Part shown: positions 52,631 to 64,000 of the stretch, piece after piece | Position numbering within the stretch: position 1 is the stretch's first letter | How the letters are laid out: each line of letters starts with the position of its first letter | Source of the DNA: Paraphysomonas bandaiensis | Lineage: Eukaryota > Protista > Chrysophyceae | Assembly (NCBI GenBank): GCA_965644295.1 | Contig: CBFFRP010000236.1 | Span: 138,209 to 202,208 of the forward strand | Reading direction: 5' to 3' | DNA length: 64,000 bases | Position numbers and translations under genes: made by a program | Notes under the pieces: generated by a model | Database searches by the model: none | The model's input: the letters and a program-made list of their open reading frames with translations, nothing else | What the model was told of the DNA's origin: nothing

Positions 52631-54269
52631 ATAATAATCACTATTTTATTTTATATTGACTAAATACCTTTATATATTGAAGTTCTTGAAGTAAAAGCCC
52701 ACAATAATAGTAACATGGTGGTATTATAGTACGTAAAACAATTACCTATTGTTAAATGGCCCTCAAAACAATTGAACTGTATGTGCGCTTTTTATCGAAT
52801 TCTGTAGTTACTCTATTAGTGAATCCTGCATGTTGTCAGTTAGCAATAATTAAAGATAACTGCACATATAGAAAACTCATGCATAGTTATGAGAAATCCC
52901 GCGTAATCTTAGCAAAGGTGAACACGGGTGGGGCGGCAACAGAATCTGCGCGTAATCTATGCATCTATGTGGTATGTGGTCAGCTACGTTGGTATGCGGG
53001 TGGTAGATTCCGCTATATCTTGGTGTTATAGGTGGTGCACCAGCCTGCCTACAATATGGCCACTCCCTCGGAATGGGGCAATAACAATGACTCTTCTATT
53101 AACAGACGGCAAGTACTGTTATAGGCTGAAAACGATATGAGGTAAACTATTACACTTCGAAGCCACCTGATAATAAGGAAAGTACACACACTTATTTTGC
53201 TTTCATTTGGTCGTGTCTTGTGAACCAAGTACATAGCAATCTACTATTCTGGTATAGTAGAGGCTACAAAGCGTGATATAATTGGTAGTGTATTTTGTGT
53301 CGATAGTGGGACCTATTGCATACATGAGTATTACTGTACTATGCACGTGTTTGAGTTGTTTTGTCGCTTGCAAACTGGGGGTACTGTTGATCTTCGAGAA
53401 GAATTAAATCATATGAAATATATACAACTTCTCAATTAAATCTACTTTTTTTCTGCGTGCGTCTCACCGTTAATTTTCAATTTCTTCACAATGCTTCCTG
53501 CTAGATACTGTTGCAATTTCGTAATGTTTCATTCAAATGCGATTATATGTGTAATACAAGACTCTATCTATTCTCTTCTGATATGAAGTTCCGAATTTCT
53601 TATACTTAGACAGTCTTATTGATACCACCATCGGAGTATACTGAGGTGATTGTGGTATATTTATGCACTTACGGTTCCTTGATCTCTTCCCGGATTCATA
53701 ACCTAATGACTGTCCACTTCAATTGAAGGACTTTTGCTTACTTCAACTTCATATTCCGTAATGAGTTCATCACACGGCTTTTACTCTTATTCCTCTATTG
53801 AGAATAATTGAGATGACTGCAAAGAGAAGCTGTAATCACAGTTGCATCAATAGGGAGCTATCTAACATCTATATATATGGATCTCCAGTGTGCTTCATAG
53901 GTTCACCATTGTCATTCGTCACCTTCAGCACATGATATGCAATCCTTTATGCAAGTGGTTGCATAGTTGCTAGGCATAGGCGACTTTATATATAAAATAT
54001 GCTGCGAATAATCTCAGAATATTCTTGTGCCATATGCATATCTGCTGCTGTACTATACAGAGTAGAAAACCATGGTTTTACTATCCAAAAACTGTGGATT
54101 TTAACACAAAACTGCTTTTCCCAACAAAAACTAGGTGTGAATATGAGTTTTGCTTGGGTGTGCTATAGGGAGTTGTATACCACACTACATACACACAGGC
54201 TGTATACAGCTGTCTGTACACATACCACATACACACATCTACATACTGCTGTATAATACATAGATGTAT

Positions 54270-54406
54270 GCATCTTAGTTTTCGGCAATATATTGAAGCA
54301 AATATCCTCTATATTACTGAAACACAACTACGGCTGGAATACAGAGAATTGTTGTCTCAATATTAGAGGCATCTTAGAACAAAAATATACACAGGAAGCC
54401 GATACG
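54270..54406 (-). repeat. Dispersed repeat family A copy 3 (reverse)
   Basis: Contains ttgtctcaatattagaggcatctt, the reverse complement of the family core. Confidence 0.85.
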
Positions 54407-54578
54407 AGTCATATAGGAACCACTCTGTATACAGCACTGCTGTCTGCATACATATACATACATACATACATATATATATATATATACACCCCTCACTCAG
54501 CATCACATTAACACACACCATCAAAACAACTACACACAACATACAACATTATCAACACACCATCACCTTCATCGAAAC

Positions 54579-55007
54579 ATGATCACTCTATACTTATTCT
54601 ACGCTTTATTTATTGATTTTTTTCGACTTTGTTGCTATATTTTCAATACTGAAAAAGTTGCATCAGTCAAACTCACAGAAAATTCCTGGAAAGATCCAAG
54701 AATCAGAGAATTAGCATTATCTAATAATCGTAATATGCGAATGTATTTTTTATTTCGTTGTATTGTTCATATATATGTATGTATATATATAGATAATCAC
54801 ACTTCACAACGTGATGTATATGCCTGTATATTATTTATGATAGATGTATTTGTATGGTTAACTACTTCATACTTTAAATACAATGTATTACAACTACCAA
54901 ATAAAAGTTTAATATCAAAACATCAAAATAGTTATATACCGTTTATAATACAGTCATCATTACTTGTATGTTATCTACTAGTAAGACTGTTCATGTTATA
55001 TAACTAG
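54579..55007 (+). CDS. Small putative multi-pass membrane protein (142 aa)
   Basis: ATG ORF with ~4 hydrophobic segments, preceded by a CA-rich leader like other genes here. Confidence 0.45.
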   Translation: MITLYLFYALFIDFFRLCCYIFNTEKVASVKLTENSWKDPRIRELALSNNRNMRMYFLFRCIVHIYVCIYIDNHTSQRDVYACILFMIDVFVWLTTSYFKYNVLQLPNKSLISKHQNSYIPFIIQSSLLVCYLLVRLFMLYN

Positions 55008-55807
55008 CTGTAGTATCAGCTAATTGTCAATTGATTGTGTAATCTAATAATAAGTAATGTATTAATGATAGATATGATTTGAAAAGCTAGTTAAATATGA
55101 GTTGGACACACATCTGAATATATACTATTGTGATACCATGTACCAAGCCACAGATTAGAATATTAGTGGCTGGATAATTCTGTATTAGTGGGGCCAGTAA
55201 TAATAGATTGCTGAGAAATAAATAGCTCCATCAACACTATTGATAGAATGCTACATAACAATAGTACTGCCATATATGGTTCCCTATCCCTGGAATCAGC
55301 TATTATTTGTTGTGTTCATCGCCTTTTCAGTAGTCTACACTCTTATAGGCTCTATATTCTATATAACGGACTGGGAACAATATACTGTAGTGCTATCAGT
55401 AAGCTAAAAATAATTAAGAAACCAAAAATTGAAATATCTAAGTACAGGTGCATGAGTCATGTAGTTTGTACTTCCTATCTTGCAATACATGTGAACGCGC
55501 AGAATAGAGCAGTTGTAAACACAGTATTACATGAACTGATGATTTATGTTTATGTTTGAAAAAGGAATAATAGCTCATAATACAGCAAATATAACGGCAG
55601 GTGCACTACCATATTATTCAGCTTCCTTACCCAAACTTTGACATAAGTCTTAAAAGAAAATTCTCCTTAGAATGAAAAATATTAATGACTGTTAAATAGA
55701 TGTGGTAAAAATATACATCACAATTTATTATTCTCGTTTGCCGAAGGGTTCGCTCCCTTTTCTGTTGGTAAATTCAATGACCCCTACCATACCCACAGCA
55801 ACACCCA

Positions 55808-56334
55808 GCGGATGCCGCTGGTTCTACTCTTATTACGTGTAAAGCGGAGACCTAACGCGCCCCTCAGGTTGACTTCCTCTTCCACGACCTCCGCCTCAGC
55901 AGAGACGCCATGATATGCCAACTCCATCAGCTACCCTTCTGCCCCATGTCTAACTCGCGGCTGGAGCCATTCAAAGACACGCCGCAGTCCCAATCTACCC
56001 CCTCGCCCATGTATCTCAGGTTAGAAACACTTAACTCACTGATACAGAATCCTCCTCCACAAAGTCCTGCGGTGCCCTACCCCAAGGAACGTCCCCCTGA
56101 CTAATCCCTTCTGTACTCAAGGACTCATGTCCATAGAGAGCTTCTCGTCACAAGAACGGAAGTGGTCGCATCTTGGTGCTTGCGGCGATGTACAAGCAGC
56201 TTCTGTAGCGTTACATTGTAGGACATGAGTATTTGTACTAGTTACTTACAGGTAGCGGTTGATCTAGATTGACTAATATTAATCCAGCTACTTCTCTGGT
56301 GGTGATTCTTAACGCCTACTGCAAGTAATAAGAC
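55808..56334 (+). mobile_element. Dispersed repeat family C copy (LINE-like 3' end)
   Basis: Shares caatctaccccctcgcccat, cctccacaaagtcct, cttggtgcttg, tctagattgacta and atccagctacttc with 33091-33598. Confidence 0.6.
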
Positions 56335-57273
56335 TTTCAACCATACCCACAAATTCTATAAAAGCATTGAAAGTATGTATTTTCAACAAGAAGACATCCA
56401 TAAAAATATTCGTGAAGTTTTTCCTCAAGTTCTGAATTAAGTTTGCTTACGCAACAAGAGAAAATTATTATACAATTTTAAAGGAAGATTATGTAATTTA
56501 CATAGTGTTTTTCCAAGTTGAGTCTGAAAATTCTTTGTGTCATTTTTGTTTGTTGTACAGTGATATAAAGCGAAGTTACACGACGTGAGTGAATATATAA
56601 TCAAGGGTGCCATTATGCGAATATTTATTGGCAAGATGCACTCGAGAAAGCTTTATGTCGGACTCGCACCTTTTCGTGGTGTTCTGGGGGATAAGTACCG
56701 GAGAGATTCTCTCTGGGAAACTAACGTGAGCCGCAAATATAGTCAGCAGATATTATTCTGCCCACTCATAGCCCAATGCTTGTGTGGTACAAGGTGTTGT
56801 AATACGTATGGTTCTCTAAGATAGTACTGTAGAATACGTTAAATACAATGTGAAAAACAGTAATACGTCAAAGGTGCTATATAGCTATAACTGTGAAGCT
56901 AAAGTATTATATCATGACGATTCAAGATACGGAAGTTGAGCAGTGGTTGACATGAACGAAATAATTTATCATGTTGTCGACATGTATTACATGACAACAC
57001 ACACAATTGTGTATACAATCATAATAAAGTAATCTATCTAGTTTGACTAACTTAAACTTCTCTTACAACGATCTTAATCACCTGAAAATGGTCAATTGTC
57101 AATACAAGGGACACCAATAAATGTCACTTGTGTAGACGTCTTTGGGCCCTGACGAATAAACAGGCATCCGGGAATGAGCCCACCTCAAGGGCATCCGGGA
57201 CAGGGCCCACCTGAAGGGTAACCGGGGTATTGGGCTGCCTGCTGAAGTCAAGCATCCGGGATATTCACCTTAA

Positions 57274-57456
57274 GAACTCAGAGCGGAAGTGGTCGCACCT
57301 TGGTGCTTGCGGCGACGCACAAGCAGCTTCCGTAGCGTTAAATAGTAGAAAAGTGTGTACTGATTAGTTACAGATAGAGGTCTAACTAGTTTGTCTAGCA
57401 TTCATCTAGCTACTAAGTTGGTGCAGGTTTTTAATACCTATTGCTAATAATAAGAC
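57274..57456 (+). mobile_element. Family C, short 5'-truncated copy ending in (TAA)n
   Basis: cggaagtggtcgcaccttggtgcttgcggcga..caagcagctt matches ~56157-56205; ends taataataagac. Confidence 0.6.
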
Positions 57457-57646
57457 GTTCAATATATATGTAGTGTGTCAGATTTGGGTTAACTGTAGTT
57501 CGTGGTGACGTACATTGCTTAAGTTTGTCCTCCTTCAGTAAGTCTTCTTTTCAATCTTTATATCATAAACAATGAAAGACGAATATATTCATGCGTCGCA
57601 TTAGACTTCGACACAAAACAATAACCCAACTAACTTAACCTATAAA

Positions 57647-60354
57647 TCATAAATCTACACTATCTCGAACAATATTATCTTTGCTCTTTTTCTTTCTATT
57701 CGTTGATATCCTATTAATATCATCTTCCCAGAGGGTATCATTAAACGATGGCTCAGCCCTTGGAGACTTCTTCTTCCTCTTGAGTCGCACTAAATTCGTT
57801 TCTTGTGTTTTATCTTCCTCATCCGTTGGAAAACCGGCACTTTCGTCCACCTTCAAACAGGACTCTATTCTTCGCCGATTTTCGGCAATTTCATCGTCCT
57901 CTGCATCCTCCAAAAAGTTGGCCAGCAATGTAGTATCTGTCTCAGTCGTGGGAGAAAAAGAATCCAACACCTCTGTCTTAGCAGTAGTAGCTACCACCGC
58001 CCCAGTTTTATTATTCGGTTGCATACGAGAAGATGTCGACTCTCTATCCTTAATACTTGTTGTCATATCCGAACTACTATTTGTTACATCACCGCTACTG
58101 TCATGACTAAGCTTTAACTTGACCGGACCTTCATCACTATCACTGCTATAATCAACTCTCTCCAAATCTCTGTGTGCAGTGGAGACAACACCTATATTTT
58201 TCTTTTTTCGTCGCACAACATCTCCATTTTCGCTGTATACTGAAGTAGCGTCTGGTGAACCCTTAGGAGGTTCTAATTTCTCAGGAACAGATGCTACTGT
58301 GGCAGTCCCGGTTCCTGTTGATATTTGCCTCCTAAACAAAATGACGTTGGTATAGGAACATGACGAAGTTTTACATGAAGCCACCTTTGCATATATAGAG
58401 TATGGTGGGATTCGTATGTAGAAGCAATTGATGTTACTCTGCCATCTGTCGTGAATTGTACACTTCGCTGACATACTTCCTCGGAACACGAATGAAGATC
58501 CTGTTCTGTTCGCATCAGTTGTTCTTGCAAACACACTTTTTTCAGAGCCAGGAAAGGAACATTGAAAAACTATAACAAACATATTTCACGATCTATCTTA
58601 AAGTTACATTATATTTACATGCCTTGTCAAGCTCCACCAAACCCCAGCAGTCATAAAGTGATGCTTCAATAGCAAAAACTGTGCAACAGCCATCCTTTTC
58701 TCGAGTTTTACGTATTGCAGTGACAAGGTCCATTACATCCGCAAGAGACACTATTTTTTCATCATTCTCACCACACGATCTATAGTAAGCACCATAGTGC
58801 TCAGGTTTTATACCGTCTCTGCAAAATCCTATTATACAGGCAATGACACCTTATTCTGTCCAATAACCATTACCTGAAGTTGATTAGGAAAAGTATAGCA
58901 ACAGATGGTGGAACTTCCGCAGACATGTTCCTATATGTCACAGTATCAGCACATAAGAAAAGGACAGCTCATACATGTACCTTGCATACTCAAATGATAA
59001 TTTGGAAAACGGGTTTATCATAAATATCACTGCATGTGTTCCTTTATACACATCAATCACGCTGGCATCTAGGACGGATACATTTTGCTTAGTTTTAGAA
59101 AATCCTTGGTCTACAATGTCCCACACTTCTACTTTGACATTATCCTCATGACTCTTGAAGGACCAGTTTATAGTTGCCGTCTAGGCAATATTAAATCTTA
59201 CAATCTTCAATCAATTCGATTCACTGTACCTGAATTTCTGATGTAGCTTCATGCTAAAATATAGATATAAGTGCACTTCATACAATATATATAATAGAAG
59301 AAGTCACCTGTGCACAGAAAGGCATACCCTGCAGACGCTTCCATAGAGTTGTTTTGCCACTCTGAGGTTCCCCTCGTATAACTACTTTCATGTTATACTG
59401 CACCCCCGCACGTACTCGACTCCTATACATATAAAGCGATATACGTCACCACAACTTAGTAGTGGTAGTTATAATAATAATAGTATTAAAAGTAGAAGTC
59501 ATAATAGTTGTAATAATAATAGTTATCGTGTAGTTATAATAGTATTCAGAGTAGTTAACGAAGTATTTATAACCGTAGTCATAGCTATAGTAGTTTTTGT
59601 CACTGTAGATATAGTTATAGCATTACAGAGTTAGTAGGTAGAGTATTGTAGTTATAGTCATAGTAATTGTACTAGTATAGTGTTGGTAGTTATAGTATAT
59701 CATAGTAGTTATAGTGTAGTAGTATAGTGTTGGTAGTTATAGTATATCATAGTAGTTATAGTGTAGCAGTATAGTGTTGGTAGTATAGTGTTGGTAGTTA
59801 TAGTATATCATAGTAGTTATAGTGTAGTAGTATAGTGTTGGTAGTTATAGTATATCATAGTAGTTATAGTGTAGTAGTATAGTGTTGGTAGTTATAGTAT
59901 ATCATAGTAGTTATAGTGTAGTAGTATAGTGTTAGTAGTGATAATATAGTCATAGTGTAGAATAGAATAGAATAGTGTAGTGTACTCATAGTATAGTGTA
60001 CTATAGTCATAGTATAGAATAACATAGTTATAGTGGAGTATAGCGATAGCAGTTATAGTGTAGTGTAGTCATCGAACTCATAGTATAGTGCTAATAGTCA
60101 TAGTTATAGTACAGTGTCATCATAGTAGTCATAGTATAGTGTACTATAGTCATAGTATAGCATAGCATAGTGTTAGTAGTATAGTGGTAGCAGTTATAGG
60201 CTTAGTATAGTATGGTATAGTGATAGTGTTGCATCGTATAGTAGTGTGGTGTGAGGTGCAGTGGATGGTACCTGACAGTGTCATCCATAGCACGAATAGA
60301 CCGAAGTTTAGCTTTAATATCTTCATCTTCAGGTTTAGATACTTCAACTCCCAT
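57647..60354 (-). CDS. RABL6: Rab-like protein 6 (RBEL1/PARF), multi-exon
   Basis: [22 protein letters not shown]|[43 protein letters not shown]|FFNVPFL, low-complexity charged tail. Confidence 0.9.
59460..60260. repeat. TAG/TAT-rich low-complexity tract with 47-bp tandem unit in RABL6 intron 1
   Basis: Unit agtatagtgttggtagttatagtatatcatagtagttatagtgtagt repeated ~5 times at ~59675-59935. Confidence 0.88.
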
Positions 60355-61096
60355 TAGAATAATGAGATTAGCAACTAAATGATAAGAGTTTGTATTGTAA
60401 ATCTGTTTTTAATGTGCCTTAAGAGTGTGACTATGTGAGTTGTATGTGTACCTGATGAGTGTACTCCACGACTATATTGTACTGATATATATGCACATAT
60501 GATTGTGTATATATAGAGAGGGAGTATCGTACTGTGATATTATTTGCTGATGTATTGGTACATTAGTATATAAGTACAGTTGTACTTTCCTACTTGTACT
60601 GTGTGACTGCTTTATATGAAGTAATTAGCAGTACATTTTGTATGGGAGTATACACTATTAACGACCACATATAATATTTTCCCAATTTTCCATCTTTACA
60701 ATACTAAAAAGCCTAATATTATATAGTACTCAATATAAAAATCAAGGATATTATACTTCTGTTGTAGTTGGGGTATAAGGGTCCAATCATATGAATTCTC
60801 TTGATGAGGTGGCATTGAAGAATATCCCCAACTTCATCTGATTTTTGTCAAGAAGTGTATAAAAAGTATACCCTACTTGATTGGTAGGAATTCCATATAG
60901 AGTATGTGAATTTCAAGGGATGTTGATATATATATATATGTGACTATAAGTTAATATGACTGTGTTAAAGTATCATTATTATGATATGACTATAATAGCA
61001 TGATATTACCATGAATATGGTGATATCACATCAGATTTTATTAAATGATCATATAAGAATGTATTCTTATCATATTGGAGTTGGTTTCTAAGGTAC

Positions 61097-62552
61097 ATGT
61101 CGTGGAAAAGTGAAGATAGCCGATTATCTAAGCGTTCATCAGGTATATACATATATATACATATATATCATTTAATATGGATATAACAGGCTCTATGCAT
61201 GGAATAGAAACACAACAAGAGTCTCCTGAACTATCCAATAAACGTTTTATTAGTCGGAATTTATCCAAACAAGAGATGAGCTGTCATGAGAAAGAAGCTC
61301 ATACAGGTGTTGCTTTAATTATACGGTCACGTATATTAGCTACAAGTAGTGATGGATATATGACTTCATCGTATTGTAAAGAATATTCTATTTTTAATTT
61401 AGAGGATTCATCAGAGATTGTTGAGGTGATTGTGTGTATACATTATATGTGTGGTGTTTTGATGTTATTTACAGGACCCAGAGCATTTATTGAAAGATAT
61501 AATAGCATGTTTGACTCGCGTCACTGGTTGGGGTCAGCTGCCATACGACTGTATGATTATTGCTCTTATATATATTGATCACATGCGGGAGCACACACAA
61601 GGAAAATTTCGCCTCTGTCATCTTAACTGGCGGCGCACTGTATTGGCCTGTCTTGTGCTTGCCTCAAAGGTATATATCTTCCACGTTCTCTACGCATAAT
61701 AACACCTTTTTCTAGATGTGGGATGACACCTCAATGATTAACTCTGAGTTTGCCCTTGTCTACCCTGATATCACGCTCGCCTTACTGAATTCTTTGGAGG
61801 TGGAGTCTCTCAAAATGCTCGGATTTAATGCCCTCATTTCTTCAGCGGAGTACACCACTTGTCAGACACTTGTGCGAAACACCGCACAGGAGTATAGTGT
61901 CCGGTCTGCGATTTCGAAATTGGAAGGGTTATATCAGGATCAGCAGCTGAGCTCATATGAAGAGGAAGACGACGATGAAGTGTGGTCTGTGGATGGAATG
62001 GATTTGGTTACTTCGCGGCACACGGAGACCTCATTGGCAGACTCTTTGTCAGACACCTTTGGTGAGGGTGCACTTACAGAACGTATCCTGAGTCCTAGTG
62101 ATACACCGGTCATCCCTTTTGGGGGGGTGACGTCTACGACAGTTACGCACAGCTTATCTGGCACTACGGTGTCAAGTGTTGCGACTAGCCCATCTGCCCC
62201 ACCTGTGCGACGCCATGGTTTACGGATGCACCTTTTTTCTTCCCAGGAACGTGAGGAACCTGTGGATTTGGCAAGATCAGGTGGTATTATTAGAAAGAAA
62301 CCGGCAGCTGGGCGGGGTAGAGGAAAAGGTGCCAGTGTGAGAAAAACCGGAAAGGTTAGGACTGTAAAAGTAGTTCCGTTGACCTTGTCGCCCACCCTGC
62401 CGGCGCGACCTGTTGTCCGTTCGCAGTCTAAACGGCCACCTCTTATTTCACCTCACAAGCGCTCAACCAAGACTAGCATGTGGCAGTTTTCTTATCATAT
62501 GAAGTCTGTTGTGTCAGATATAACTGGTCGCTTGTCTAAGCCATGGTACTAA
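61097..62552 (+). CDS. Cyclin-Y-like cyclin with long low-complexity C-terminal tail, multi-exon
   Basis: DCMIIALIYID..LCHLNWRRTVLACLVLASK|MWDD.SMIN.EF..LNSLEVESLKMLGFN, typical cyclin Y/Pho80-group box. Confidence 0.88.
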
Positions 62553-63438
62553 CGCATCCGCTGATGTTATCTGCGATTATGAGATACATCCCTATCACAG
62601 GTTGATATTATTGAACACGGTCAATGTATAGATGATTTGTTTATGGCTTGCAATGGGTATTTGCTCGAACAGAGTATTGAGCCTATTCAAGTAGAGGCGT
62701 TTCTGCCCTGAAGAATGTTAAATCGATGACTGTACTGTATCGTGATATTATTATACAACAAATGATCAAACCTTTTTTTATGTTAGATATATTGCTTTAT
62801 TGAAAAGAATGATAATGGTCGTTGCACCAGCGTTGCTCTATAATATTGTATTGCTATTGACTGCTTCATGTAGCAGACAAGTGCAGTTACATCCAATTGT
62901 TTATTAATAAATATAGCACATTATGCAGTTATATCTAACGCAATGTACCATGAGATTAAATTTTCCCCCTTTGATGTGAGCGTTGAACGTATACAGGGAA
63001 GCAATCTACAAATTAATGGGTATTATAAAAGAAGTCATAAACGAAAAACAGTGCCTTAGATATTAGAAATATTTTTCGGCTACATAGGGTCCTCTTCCTG
63101 GTAATGTATGTGTGAGGAGTGAGCTTCTGAGTCGACTGATAATCATATGTAATATGTAATTCGTCAACTAACAAGTCGACATCTCATTGATATATACTAT
63201 TGTCATGCCGCTATTATTGCGTTGCTTGATGATGAGAAAAAAGCTTCAATAGCAAGAATTGCAAATTACTCATCTATGACACGTACAACCTACAAGTACT
63301 ACTAATAATCTACTTACACTGATTTACACACACACTTTCAATATTCTTTCAGGTACATGTCGCATAATACTCTATCTCAATATACTTCAAACTTTTCATA
63401 AACATTTCTCTTATATTTTCGCTAGTCCAACAGGTAAA

Positions 63439-63891
63439 CTAGTCTAACTCCTCCCTTATTCTCTCGATGATAGAATTATCAGCGGTGGGTGGTTGATCAA
63501 AGAGCCCAAATATATGTCTCGCCAACAATTTCGCAAAAGCAGATGGTGGATCATCATCAGGATATTTACGTGTCGCCAAATCGAGTAATGCTAATAAGAA
63601 ATGTTCATAGTCAAGACGTCGATTGCCACTATCACGAGCCTTTGTAAATACAAGATCAAATTCTTGTCTTCCAATACGTTTACTTTCTAATCCAGGTGCA
63701 TCTTTACACATTTTAACAAAAGATGCACTATCAATCATAATATGATGGTGATCAGATGAGATAGCAGTCTTCCAGGGTGAACAATAGTGGGAAAATATCT
63801 TATGAAGAGATTCACATATAGACATACCAGCGGGAGGGTTATAGAGTTCGAAGATATAAGAGGAAGTATTTGATCGGTGTAAGGTTGGCAT
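63439..63891 (-). CDS. p25alpha/TPPP-domain protein (short type)
   Basis: IFSHYC..IDSASFVKMCKD..FDLVFTKA..RRLDYEHFLLALLDLATRKY. Confidence 0.85.
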   Translation of the reverse strand: MPTLHRSNTSSYIFELYNPPAGMSICESLHKIFSHYCSPWKTAISSDHHHIMIDSASFVKMCKDAPGLESKRIGRQEFDLVFTKARDSGNRRLDYEHFLLALLDLATRKYPDDDPPSAFAKLLARHIFGLFDQPPTADNSIIERIREELD

Positions 63892-64000
63892 GGTGAAGAA
63901 GAGAGACAGGGGTAATTTATATTGTGATTAATAACTCTGCCTCATATATATATATATATATCTTCCACACACATAGTTAACATGTACTGAACGAAGTACA

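Noticed and set aside
52750-53960. Coding-looking patches between tsaE and the 54579 ORF
   Set aside because: All frames are interrupted by stops and no family could be recognised; probably decayed TE or pseudogene, unsupported.
57140-57175. ctgacga resembling a hammerhead ribozyme core
   Set aside because: No correctly placed GAAA or stem II/III pairing could be identified.

Overview
Gene-dense eukaryotic (protist-like, plausibly stramenopile; this assignment is inference) nuclear DNA with the standard code and mostly short (~50-100 nt) GT-AG introns. Recognisable genes: CCCH-zinc-finger DEAH helicase (runs off the left edge), APN2/APEX2, a C2H2+FHA protein, a WD40 protein, a SWEET transporter, a GT23/FUT8-like glycosyltransferase, an Old-Yellow-Enzyme-family oxidoreductase, arginyl-tRNA synthetase, an NT-C2 protein, TsaE, RABL6, a cyclin-Y-like cyclin, a p25alpha/TPPP protein and several orphans. 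The standout is an intronless 1.8-kaa NLR-like gene (27231-32642): an R-S-E type ADP-ribosyltransferase domain fused to NACHT, pentapeptide repeats and WD40 repeats, a candidate protist immune receptor with an ADP-ribosylating effector. Mobile DNA includes a PIF/Harbinger element (TIRs, TTA TSD) carrying a nested MITE (ATT TSD), hAT relics with fold-back inversions, a pogo-like relic, 5'-truncated LINE-like ends and short dispersed repeats. Long ApT-rich micro/minisatellites cluster at gene 5' ends, and one tandemly amplifies a 5' splice site. All calls are by eye from motifs; no searches were run and exon boundaries are approximate unless stated.
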